Positions 1-11,509 of a stretch of 35,757 nt of DNA are shown here, one piece after another. Each line of letters starts with the position of its first letter. Within the stretch, counting starts at the first letter, position 1. Both the position numbers and the translations under genes were made by a program. Source of the stretch: Octopus bimaculoides. Taxonomy: Eukaryota. The notes beneath the pieces are model-generated. The model did not search any database. It was not told the origin of the DNA and saw only the letters and a program-made list of their open reading frames with translations. Location of the stretch: positions 14,689,071 through 14,724,827 of the forward strand of contig NC_069000.1 in assembly GCF_001194135.2 (NCBI RefSeq). The letters are read 5' to 3'.

Positions 1-169
1 CATACCTATACACACACACTCTGATGGTCTACTGCTATTATTTATAAAGTTAAGTGATGATAGCGGTGGCAGAGAGGACAATCTTCAACATCCACGCCTC
101 CCTCTCATCCTCCATGAGAAGAAGAAAAAAAAAAAAAAGGTCATTTTTTTTTTTTTTTAAATTCCTTTC

Positions 170-266
170 CTAAACTTTAGGATCTGAATGCTGATGAGGT
201 TGATGATGATGATGATGGAAATGCACATGTTGATGATGGTGATGACCATGGGGATGGTGGTGTTGA

Positions 267-297
<31 letters not shown>

Positions 298-2476
298 TAT
301 GATGCTGGTGATGGTGGTCAGTGTGGTTTTCGGCACCGGTACCGACACCGACTTTCAACATTTCTTGAGACAGGGGTTGGGGTATCGATGCAGCAGTTGT
401 CGTAACTCGAGATGATGTGTCCTGATGCTGATGGATGTGGTGATGGTGCTGCTGCTGCTGTTGTTGCTGCTGCTGCTGCAGTGGTTGTTGTTTTTGCTGT
501 GGTTGCTGTTTTTGCTGTGGTTGCTGCTGTAATTGAATTTTTTGCTGCTGCTGCTGTTGGTGCTGTGGCTGTTGTTTTTGTTGCTGTTGCAATTGTTGAT
601 GATGATGATGATGATGATGTTGCTGCTGCTGCTGCTGCGGTTGAGGTTGCTGCTGCTGCTGTTGCAATTGAGGTTTGTGTTGATGTTGGTGTTGCTGCTG
701 TGCCTGGAGCAGTTGATGCTTGTGCTGCTGTTGCTGCGGTTGTTGCACAGGATGATGATGATGATGAAAGTGTTGTGGCACAAGGGTTGGCGTCGTGGCC
801 AAAGTAGGGGCCTCGCTGAGGGAACTGCTGTCATCACCTTCTGCTTTGTGGGTCTTCACATGCTGTGCCAGTGTATCGGGATGGTCAAATTCTTGACCGC
901 AGAAGCTACATTTGCAGTCGTTGTCACTCTGATGAGTGCGGACATGGTCAGTGAGATGGCTACTGCGGGCAAAGGCTTTACCGCAGTAAACACATTTGTA
1001 GGGTTTCTCGCCAGTGTGCGTACGTACGTGCACGGTGAGGTCGCACGCATGCAGAAACGTCTTGCCGCAGTAGTCACACTTGTGCACCTTATCAGTGGTA
1101 TGAGACTTAATGTGTGCAGTGAGATGCGAATTGACGATGAACGTTTTGCTGCAGAAGCAGCATTTGTAAGGCTTATCTCCGGTGTGCATCCTTATGTGTA
1201 TAGTCAAATTACTATTCACTGCAAATGTTTTTCCACAGTACTCACACTTATACGGCTTGTCTCCACTATGGGTACGTTTGTGTTGGGTGAGGTTGCTACG
1301 ACGAGTAAAGGACTTGGTGCAAATGTCACATGGGAAGCTCTTCTTCTCGCTTGTTGTTGTAGTTACTACAGGGCTGCTAATTTGGCCTATTATATTACCA
1401 GAACTGTCTCGCTGCACTGCATCGTTGAGAGCGCTGCCGTCTTTACCAACACCATTGTCTGCATGATTGTTCAAACGGGAGTGACTGTTTTCGGACATGT
1501 CCTTTATTGGCACAGCTTCTGGGTGCGCAGACTTCACATGCGAATCAAGCTCCCCCGTAGTGACAAACTTTCTAGGGCACTTTTGACATTCAAAGCAACG
1601 GCCCTTGTTGTGGCCGTCCATGTGTGAAATGAGTAGGTTGCGTTTGGTAAACTCTACATTACAAATATCACATTTATAAGGTTTGTCATTGGCATGAGTT
1701 TCCATATGAGCATTGTAGTTGTTTTCCAAGGCATATAGTTTCCCGCAAGTCTCGCATTTGAACGGCTTTCTGCCAATATGTGTGCGCATGTGGTCACTGA
1801 GGTTACTGTTCCTGGTGAATGCTTTGCCACAGAAGTCACACTTGAATCTTTTCTCAACAGTATGGGACTTCACGTGACTTGCCAGGGCTGAGCTATCGCT
1901 AAATGTCTTACCACACTGTTGGCATAAATAAGGCTTACCACCTGAATGAACTCGCATATGCAGCGCGAGGTCATCGGTACTTGCAAAACTCATGTTGCAG
2001 TACTCACAAGCTCGAGCTGCTTTATGATTATGGCCGTGACTGGCTGTATGGTTAACACCAGAGACGATGGTTTTGTCCTTCTGATCTACCGAAGAATCGT
2101 CATTCTCCTGGTACTGATAATCATGCTTTCCATTTGGAATACTGAACTCATCATAACCATAGTCAGACTGATCTCCATGTTCGTAGAGACTCTCTCGTCT
2201 TGCCATTTCATATAGAGACGATATTTCATTCTGTGGTAAATAGTAGTGGGTCTGTTGGTATAAAAAGGAATCGGATACGTGGCCATTATGAGTAGCTGTT
2301 TGGTAGGTTGAAAAATCTCCATTACCCCCGAAAGGCATCAGGGAATCTTCATCATCTTGGTCAATGCACTCACTTGAAGGTGGTTCTTCAATGAGTACAT
2401 GCACGGGGAAGTTGTACTTCAAATCCTGACCGCCGCTGTCCACGATAACAGCTGAAGCAGTATCGAATTCAGACAT
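170..2476 (-). CDS. C2H2 zinc-finger transcription factor, 768 aa: acidic N-terminus, 12 fingers (6+6), polyQ/polyH C-terminus
   Basis: Uninterrupted ORF ending in TAG at 172-170. Twelve C-x2-C-x12-H-x3/4-H units with TGEKP-like linkers (SGDKP, TGDKP, TGEKP). An in-frame TAA upstream of the ATG in the same exon fixes the start at 2476; context agcatcATG. Confidence 0.96.
185..780 (-). repeat. Coding CAG/CAA/CAT/CAC trinucleotide repeats encoding a polyQ/polyH tail
   Basis: (tgc)n, (tga)n and (tgt)n runs on the + strand; translation gives alternating Q and H tracts. Confidence 0.95.
848..1330 (-). other. Zinc-finger array 2 (fingers 7-12, aa 383-543)
   Basis: CDIC, CEYC, CCFC, CDYC, CVYC, CSFC at 28-aa spacing. 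Linkers are mostly canonical. Confidence 0.95.
1523..2008 (-). other. Zinc-finger array 1 (fingers 1-6, aa 157-318)
   Basis: CEYC, CQQC, CDFC, CETC, CDIC, CQKC at 28-aa spacing. Linkers are divergent (SGGKP, TVEKR, IGRKP, ANDKP, NKGRC). Confidence 0.95.
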
Positions 2477-2620
2477 GATGCTAGGGGAAGGGAATGGTAA
2501 CTTTGAAGGGTTGAAGATGTTAAAATATTAGATTTGTTAACTGCTCCTTCTGTCAGATTCAGAGACTTCAGTGTTTAATGGCAGCCTGCAATTAAAAAGA
2601 AGAAGAAAAAAAGGTAAAGT
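2477..2620 (-). promoter_or_regulatory. Splice acceptor and 109-nt 5'UTR portion of the coding exon
   Basis: Minus strand reads ctttaccttttttttcttcttctttttaattgcag|gctgcc. The AG ends at 2586 and the exon begins at 2585; there is no ATG before 2476. Confidence 0.8.
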
Positions 2621-2957
2621 ATATAAGCAAAGCTAGATACACAGACAAAAAGAAAAACAAACACAAAAAAAAACAACAGATTTTTAAAAAAGTAAAATCA
2701 TAATTAACTAACTGATCCTCCTGTATTTTCTTTTATTCAAAGCCAGGAACTTTTCAGCACCCACTTGCACAATGTTAATCATCCAATCAAAGTCCATGGA
2801 AAACAGATGTTAAACAATGATGATGATGAATAATGATGAGGCTGTTTTATTGTATTCTTCGTTATTTTAGAAATTAACTGAAAAAAAAATAATGTATCGC
2901 AACAGAAATATGGTCACAAAAGGATGAAAGGAAAGCTTTTCATTGGATTCTGAGAGT

Positions 2958-3122
2958 ACTACACTCTCTGAGTGGTTGGCGTTAGGAAGGGCATCCAGCT
3001 GTAGAAACTCTGCCAAATCAGATTGGAGGCTGGTGTTGCCATCCGGTTTCACCAGTCCTCAGTCAAATCGTCCAACCCATGCTAGCATGGAAAGCAGATG
3101 TTAAACAATGATGATGATGAAT
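2958..3122 (+). mobile_element. Retroposon family A (short element or LINE 3' end) with (GAT)n tail
   Basis: Near-identical to 18811-18993 and 25126-25320; ends gttaaacaatgatgatgatga. Confidence 0.9.
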
Positions 3123-4594
3123 GAGAAAGCTAAGTGATGTCAAATGAAATATAATTGTTATTGTTACTTTGGTTTTGTATGGTGGAAATGATGGTTGTGC
3201 TGTTGTTTAATCCTAGGCTAACTTTATTGAAACAAACCTACATCAAAGGTGGTCCAGTCATGATCATACCAGCTTATTGTGTTCAGATGTCTCTAGGTCT
3301 AGATTTATCCAATGTTATTCCTTTTTTGTAACCCTGTAGGATGTGAGGAGGGAGATTCGGGTGCTATATCTTGCATGTCAAGCAACACCAGAGGATTGCA
3401 GTACCAAAGGTCAACCTACCATTGGCAGTGAATCTGTGATAAATTTAATGTAAACTGTGGCTATTCACCAAGATTCTGCCATCAACAATTTTCCCTTCGT
3501 TGACTGCTTTGGCGTAAAATTGCGATGTTACCTTTATTAGTAGTCTTAGGTACAAGCAGTTGAATATACATTTATTAATGACTCATTAAGGATCCATGTG
3601 ATTAAAGCATCTGTATATATTTCTGAGTTCGTAGTTTATAGATTTTTTGAGAAAGAGAGAGACAGAGAGATGGGGGTGGGGGGTGCATTGATTAGATGAA
3701 GTATGCAGTATTTTTATGATTCTGTCTGCTTTGAATGGTTTCTGGTGGCTGGTTTTATTGAAATGATTAATGAGAATGTCTGTTTGTTAGATGTTAGATG
3801 CAGCAACATTGGCACCAAACTGTATCAGCCATTGTCCTTTTCAATGGCATGAAACAAGATTTGCATGGATGGGCAACTGCTTGTTCTCTGTGGAAAACTG
3901 CCGAGGTCTGCACTTTGGAAAGGGAACTTTCTAGGTGGAAGTCTATGATCTCACAAAGCAATAATAAAATATGTGGCACATGGAAGGAGGAAGTACAGGG
4001 GATGACAAAGGAACAAACAGATAAACTGCAAAAAAAACACACACAATGGACGTAGGCTTGCTCAACCCCTCATCAGTTGTCAACCAAGTATCAACACAAT
4101 TTTGACACCTGATAATATTGTTTAATTTGGCAGGTATCATGATATATCATATATTCCCTGGCAACACAAGCTACCAAGGTATATATGAGCAGATATGAAA
4201 AACAAACACAAACAGAAAAAATAAGACAAGAACAATAAGTTAAAAAAGAAACAAACAAACAAAAAATGACATCTCTAGACTGAACAGTAAAGATACACAC
4301 ACACATATATATGCATACAGCAGTCCTGGATGTATGTCATTACCACACCATATAATGTTATGTAGTTACCATAGGAATTGCTTATGCTACTAATTACCTT
4401 GTACAGCATTTTACTATTGAGTCTATAAAAATATATCTGAATGGTGACATCTGCACAATGAAAATAACTTGAGTCATTAATTAATATTATTGTTTATATT
4501 TTAATGTAACTCAATATACTTTCGCTGTTTAATGCTTATAATCATTAAAAGTGCTTCCACCTACATAAACTCATTCATTCACTCGTTCATTCTG

Positions 4595-4745
4595 TTGTCC
4601 ATCATCATTATCATTTAACATCCACTTTTCTATGCTTGCATAGATCGGACAGAATTTGTTGAGGTAGATTTTCTATGGCTAGGTGCCCTTTCTATCATTA
4701 ACTCTCATCTGTTTTCAAGTACAATAATATTTCTCCATGGCCAGA
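4595..4745 (-). mobile_element. Decayed family A-like copy (others at about 2760-2830 +, 5180-5290 -, 10475-10640 +, 23695-23790 -)
   Basis: catcatcat...tttaacatccacttttctatgcttgcat is the reverse complement of the family A 3' end with substitutions. Confidence 0.65.
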
Positions 4746-6587
4746 TATTTTTTTTTTTCACATTTAAAACTATAACGAAACGTTTAGACAAAAGGTACAT
4801 ACACAAATACATACATATGTAGATATATAAGACAGGATTCTTTCAGCTTCCACCTACCAAATCCACTCACAAGGCCTTAGACAGGCCAGAGCTATTGTAG
4901 AAGATACTTACTCAAGGCACTGCACAGTGGGACTGAACCCAACATCACAATGATAGGGAAGCAAGCTTCTTAACCACAAAGCCATGCCTGATCCTACTAG
5001 GACAGATATGAAATATGTCCTGTCTTCTGCCTTCTGCCAGTATATAGAGATTATCATGGAATATTGTATTGAATCCAAACCTTTCTCTCATAAACCCTTA
5101 AAGGTAACATATCCTCCAGCATAATAATTCTCTCCACATCATAAAACGTTGTGCATGCACGTAAAATACCGCTGCCGCCACCACAACCATCATCAGTTTA
5201 AGGTCCATTTTTTTTCATGCTTGCAGAGTTTACTAAATCTTACCCATTTCCAAGCAAGGTAGTATTTCCCCCTTAGCCAGATATATCTTCACAGAATATT
5301 AGAAATGAATGGCATTCGTTTACAACAATCACATAATGTCAAGACAAGGAGACACAAGCATATACATACACATGCACACACAATGTATGTATGGCTGGTC
5401 CGGGGCTACAGACATTTGCCCAAGGTACCATGCATTGGGATTGAACCAAAAACCATGTAGATGGGAAGCATATGTCTTAACCACACAGCCATGCCTATGC
5501 CTAAAATAAACTCTAAACTAAATAACTCATGAATCAATGAGGGAAACTCTAGGGAGTTGCACAATTTGCTAGATTTGGCAGCCACATTTCCACCAAATAA
5601 CACTCTTATCATCTTGGGAAAGAAGGACATGTTGAATGATCTAATCCGCTATACACTGACCAAAGATAAAAAAGATGGAATAGTCATGGACGGAATGTCA
5701 TTGATCATGCAGGTCTGCTCAATCAAGGCAAGTATGTAGACTAGACAACTTAAATATTCTATCAGTTCAACTGATAGAAACCCTGCAGTTACTGCCCAAA
5801 CTACTTGTAAGTAACTAAACATTAATATCAAACCAGAACACTATTACATCCAGTCAATTCAACAAGGGAACCTCTATGAGGTCATTTGGCCTGCTAGAAA
5901 TAGCAACCAAATTTCCGTTAAATCACAACCATCATAAAAGAAGGAAGGACATATTGAACAATGAAGTCCCAGATACACAAAAAGATGAGTTGGATCAATG
6001 CTAACCAAATGCTAAATAACAATAATTAAATCCAGTGAAGATAAATGAAAAAGCAATTTCTTCCGTAAGCCTAAAAAAACACTGGAATACCGATTACAAT
6101 ACACAAAATATAATACATATTTAGATTCATCGGATAAAATATTGGGTGGGGGGACTTAAGAAGCTTTAATAATGAGCATTTTACAGAAACACTGCAAAGA
6201 GAAAAAGAAAAAAAAAACACCAGACACTTGCATACTTAAGTCTTTTTTGCAAACTACAGGATTCCATAAAGCTAGTATATGAGAGACTGGGAAATCTGTT
6301 TATTCACAGAAACTAATTGACCTAAAGTATGTAGAAATTTCTATGACCTTCTCACAGATTCAGTGAACTGTCTAGATTAGCTAAACAGGAAATAAATCAC
6401 TAACTGATAGCTCAATACGTAATCTAGTTGGTCATTTTTGCCTCTTCACACATTATGGACTATGAAATATACTAATTACATAACCACTGGCATCTAATAA
6501 AATATTATCGAGTTCTTTTCACTGGACGCAAGGCCAATAATTTGTAGAGAATCAAAAGTAGTATGTTTTCCATACAATCTCTAAATG

Positions 6588-6745
6588 TTTGTGAACAGAT
6601 GCCTCTGTCTCTGGAACATCCTCTGAGTGAGATAGGAAGAAGACAGGCTTAAACAAAACCTTGTGAGAACAGACAAATCAGAAACCTACTGACATCCAGA
6701 CCAAAAGGAACAAATGGCGTTGGATGGGTCACACTCTACAGAAAT
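6588..6745 (+). mobile_element. Second, different RTE-like ORF2 C-terminal fragment
   Basis: FVNRCL... followed by EQTNQKPTDIQTKRNKWRWMGHTLQK. Confidence 0.65.
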
Positions 6746-6756
6746 TTATTTCCAAC

Positions 6757-7060
6757 ATGCTCCACTGGGTGAGTGATGTCAGAGTGCATGCACAACAGAG
6801 CATAAATGATTTAAGAGGAAAACTAGGTATAAATGGTACCAGATGTTGTGTACAAGAGAGAAGACTGTGCTGGTTTGGTCATGTGATGTGTATGGATGAG
6901 GACAGCTGCATAAAGAAGTGCCAAGTTCTAATTGTAGAGGGTACCTGTAGAAGGGGTAGATAGACCCAGGAAGACATGGGACAAGGTGAGAAAGGATCTT
7001 TGGACACTGGTCCTCACTGAGGAAATGAAAAAGAGTGGGAGATGTGGTGATTTGCACCTG
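6757..7060 (+). mobile_element. RTE-type LINE ORF2 C-terminal fragment
   Basis: MLHWVSDV...VQERRLCWFGHVMCM...VEGTCRRGR, then PRKTW after a frameshift. Confidence 0.85.
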
Positions 7061-9376
7061 AATAAAGTGGGGCAGTCTCATTTCAATATCCCACAATTCC
7101 CGTCACTTCATGAAAATCTCCAAAAATTCCAGAACACTACTACAACAATATACAAAAAACATCATTTCTCTCACTTGACCCCGACAAACAAAACCCGTAC
7201 ATACAGAAAAAGGTGTAATATCAACAGTGCTAGTAGTTCAAAACATGGTGTTGGGATGCACATCACCAATTCACTAATAATTGGTAGAGGTACAGCAATT
7301 GTTATGTACTGATCAAGTCCACTGAACCTACCTCCCCTGTAGCTATCAAGAGAATCTGCAGGGAGATAAAAAATGGAATGGACACTGGAAAAAGTGCAAC
7401 ATGTACAGACTAACATGCTGCACGCCATGACTCATCACTGTTTATGGAAGTGTCCACTGTGGTCTTCTGCTATGCAGAGACATGGTACAACATGAGAAAT
7501 GGATCTGTAGGTTGTTATGCTTATTTATTCACATTGTTTTTAATTATTCATGCATTATTTTGTAGCTTCAAGATTTCAATGACAAAACTGTTTAATTTTA
7601 GAATGACATTGCAGGTTATGTGCGGCCGGTTTAAATGCTAAAGGGTTAAGCTATCAAAATATATAAATTGAGCTATCCTAATTTGTGATTGCTTTATAAA
7701 GCAACTGATTTGGAAAGGAAGCTAGCATTGTCTTCTCTGAGGATTGGACAACAAACAGTGTAATGATTTGTCACTTCTCTCCTATCTTCTTTTTTCTGTA
7801 CGTTAATAGTATAGAAAAGTGTTTACATTGTTAGATATTGAGACAAGGTAAGTTAGATCAGGTCTTCACAGATTAGGCCTCACAAATGAGATGGGATGAC
7901 ATGGTATTAAGGTGCACATATGACAAACTCATTCAAACCATTGGTGCTAATTTGCAAAAAAATGTTTGAACAACTCGTAACACAAAGAAACAGAATGAAA
8001 TTTGTAACGTATTTAACTGAGCATTTTATGCTTCCCACCACTCCCCTGGAATGATAATAAATGAATTTTAATAGAGACACAAAGACACAAATTTGTGAGG
8101 AGTGTTATAGTTGCATAAATTGAACCCAGTTCCACCACCATCACCAGCACCATAGCTCTTTTGAGTACTTTGTAACCTCAGCTTAAATTGTCTGTAACAA
8201 TGATGCAAATAATTTTGCCATAGGCAGTCCCTAGCCTGGTTGAGAGAGGAGGGTGATGGGCACAGAGTTAGTAGCCCTGTACTATCTTTTCTACACTGTT
8301 ACTGAAACACCAACAAGAGGACAAATGAAAACTAGTCCTGCTAAGGGGAGGTAGTTTTCAGAGACTGCATATGAAGAAACATGGTGAAAGCCAAAAGGAA
8401 GCACTGATGGCTGCTGCAACCCATTGCCAGACATTGAGATAGATGAGGATCTCTTGTTGGCGCTCTATGCTCTAAGTGGAGTTAAAGGATTAAGAAGAAT
8501 GATGTAAACTCTTTCCCAAGGTCTATGCTATTTCTGTTTTTTTTTTATTAGTCTACTACAAGGTCCAATGTCCTGGTCTAGTACTTTAAGGGTCAGAAAG
8601 GACAAAAGACAAAGTTGACCTTGGAGCACAAAAAGCCAAAGCACATACTCACAAGGCATTTAATCTGGATGCTGAACTGATTCTCATAATTTGCAGGAGG
8701 ACACAGGTGCAGGTCTTCAGGTCTCTGGTTCTCCCTATCTTGCTCTACAGCTGCGAGACTTGGACACAATCCAGAGCCCTTAGAGATCACTTGAACACCT
8801 GACCTGACCTGTACTCCTTCCCTCAAGAATGAAAAGCTACACTGACCTCACTAGAAACTGAACTCAGAATTTAAGTAATGTAGCTAAATACTGTTTAGCA
8901 TTTTGTTAATCATTCTACTGATTGTCACTTCAGTCCATTTAATCAATAATAATAATAGCATAAGTATTTAGTACTAGGACAAGTTATTTAGAAAATTCTT
9001 TGTTTCAGACAGAAATATTAGTCTGATATTTGTGTCTAAAACTAAGTTTTCTAAATAACCTCCCTCACACTAAATACGAGACAGAGCTATCAGAATTTCT
9101 AAATACCATTGCCAGTTGTGTATATTAAAAAAGAAAAAGAAAACAATATAAACTATCAAACATGTATGGTTTGGACTGGTGCCAAAAAGTCAAACAGACC
9201 AAATAGAGGTAATGATATGTAACGATGAGTGAGATGTAAGTACTAAATTATCATATATCTTTAGCAACACACAAAGCAAGGTTATCATCGCGCATTTATA
9301 CATCCTTCAAGGTCACAATCGATAAACAGGTCGTTTAAAAGATTACTTTCTGCTGAAGATTTCAGGTTTCAATTCC

Positions 9377-9449
9377 TGATGACGAATATGAACAGAAGCT
9401 CCTTTACAGGATCAGATCATTAAGGAGCCAGCATTGTGATCAGTCATCA
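9377..9449 (-). ncRNA. Candidate structured intronic RNA (73-nt hairpin), class unknown
   Basis: TGATGAC/GTCATCA and GCTCCTT/AAGGAGC stems on one axis with 14-nt spacers on both sides; locally CpG-rich. Confidence 0.3.
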
Positions 9450-9495
9450 TAATTTTATTCCACTATAGGCATAGATGCCAATTGTAGAGGCACCT

Positions 9496-9740
9496 GGCTT
9501 AATGGTTAGGGGGTCAGGCTCATGATAGTAAGATTGTGGATTTGATACCTGGGCCAGGTGATGCATTGTTTTCTTAACAAAACACTTAATTTTACATTGC
9601 TCCAGTCCACTCAGCAGGTAAAAACGGAGAGGGGAGGCTGATATACATGGGCAACTGCTAGTATTCCATAAACAACCTTGCCTGGACTTGTGCTTCGGAG
9701 GGTAACTTTCTAGGTGCAACCCAATGGTCATTCATGACCA
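9496..9740 (+). mobile_element. tRNA-derived SINE family E (copies at about 15062-15225 - and a head fragment at 10278-10325 +)
   Basis: tRNA-like head ggcttaatggttagggggtcaggctcatgatagtaagattgtggatttgatacc, then ttgttttcttaacaaaacacttaatttacattgctccagtccactcagc. Confidence 0.75.
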
Positions 9741-11509
9741 AAAGCAGTTTTTACCCTTTAGCCTTTTACTCACCTCTTATAACCAGATGATTTAGGGTTG
9801 AGTCCCACTGCATGGCAGCTTGGGTGAGTGTCTTCTACTATAGCCCTAAGCCACCCAGACACCCCATCAATACTATTTTATCGCCTTTCAGCTCCACCCA
9901 ATCATTCTCACCCTCTCTTTAAAACAGCAATAACCATGTAGATCCTCAACAGTAAGAAACCTTTTCTGCCCTGACCCATTCTCACATACTCTAACATGCT
10001 CACCACTATATGTACCACTGGTGGTTCATCACAATCTTCACAAAATCAGCATGTGCATGCACCACCAGTGGTATGTTTTCATAATTTGAGAAAATATTTC
10101 ATTCTGTATTTTTGGCATGGTTTTGAGGATATTTAAATAGCATGAGCGCCAAATATTAAAGCTTAATTATGAAATATTGTAAAATTGCAAAAAAAAACAA
10201 AACAAAACAATTACATTTCCTTGTAAATAAACAGCATGCAGCATGACCAGAAATACATCTTTTTTTAACTTCTACTCAGCTCAGTGGTTAGTGTCAGGCT
10301 CACAATCATGAGGTAGTAAGTTCAACTAAAAATACATGGCATCACTGATAAGTTCCTGTAACGGGCCTTGATGTTTTTATGCATTAATCCCTCGTCTAAC
10401 AAAAAATCTTGCAAGTTTCATTGTCATCATACTACTGGCAGTACAAAAAAAAAAAAAAAAAAAACAAGTACACACTGTAAGGCAGTTGACATTAGGAAGG
10501 ACATCTGGCAGTAGAAACCACACCACAGTAGACAATGAACTGGAGCACAACGCAGTCCATGGACCCATTGGATTCTGTCAAATTGTCCAACCCATGCCAG
10601 CACAGAACATGGGCATATGATTATGATGGGGATGATATGCATAGTTGTAAAATAGTAACAATTTTTGTTGTATTTAATTCTTTTTGTCCTGCAAATAATT
10701 AATATTCTAATTTTAATTACTGAAGTTTAAAGTACAAAATAATAATACCCCCACCCCATCACCCGCCACCGAGAATAAAAGAAAACTGTTTTCATATTTT
10801 CCTAGCATTCAATAGTGAAGTTTAAATGTGAAGCTGAACTAGTATTAGCATGTCCTATCGAGTGAATGACTCAGGCCACACATACATTATTAGTAATATA
10901 CAAAGATATCAATAGTTTCCAATGGTCCATTGTTCTGTGACAAAACCAAAGATTTCATCAATGGAAACTGTGCATGTACACACGTGCACACACACCTGAC
11001 CTACCACAACTAATACATGTCAAGAAAATTTACTTCCCTTTCATTTGTTAAAGTTACCCACATTAGAATGAATTTTAAATAGAATATTTAAAATTTAAAA
11101 GGTGTAAAGCACTTTTGATGGAAATTAATGAACAATCATATGATCCCATATGACTGAGTTGACAACTTTGCTGTTTCAAACGAAAGAATGCCATAAAACA
11201 ACTTCCTTTGGCACACACACACACACTAGGTAAAACTTCTGTATAAACCTTGTTATTTCTTGCTGTGTGCATGCACAAAATTACAGCTCAAATCCAATTG
11301 AAATTACCTTTTTCTATTCTGTAATTTGTATTTGTGGTGAGTGTATTTAAAAACCTGATCTTCAATATAAACTTAAAAGGAAGTTTTCTCAGAAATCCTG
11401 TCCTTTACCTGTTGTTTCTAGCATATCCAAGATGACATTTGCACCCCCACCTTATTTTTTTCTTCCTAAATTTCTTCCAATTCCTATGTTTCCGATGGAG
11501 GAGATTAGG

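Noticed and set aside
533-1627. 364-aa plus-strand ORF and other ORFs overlapping the ZNF CDS
   Set aside because: Antisense or alternative-frame shadows of the repeat-rich CDS (CAG read as CTG gives poly-Leu); no recognisable domain.
3794-4140. Short ORFs on both strands, and likewise 8593-8826
   Set aside because: No recognisable motif; possibly old transposon debris.
7140-7330. HGVGMHIT resembles the GVG motif of LINE AP-endonucleases
   Set aside because: A single short motif with no other conserved endonuclease residues in frame.
9160-9215. Minus-strand hairpin followed by AAACCAT-ACA, reminiscent of U17/SNORA73 motif m2
   Set aside because: Motif m1 (AUAUUCCUA) and the basal stem are missing.
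9350-9430. tRNA T-arm-like TCAGG-TTTCAATT-CCTGA and a SECIS-like AUGA...AAA arrangement
   Set aside because: No cloverleaf or acceptor stem; SECIS helix II does not form beyond 5 bp, and the site is not in a 3'UTR.
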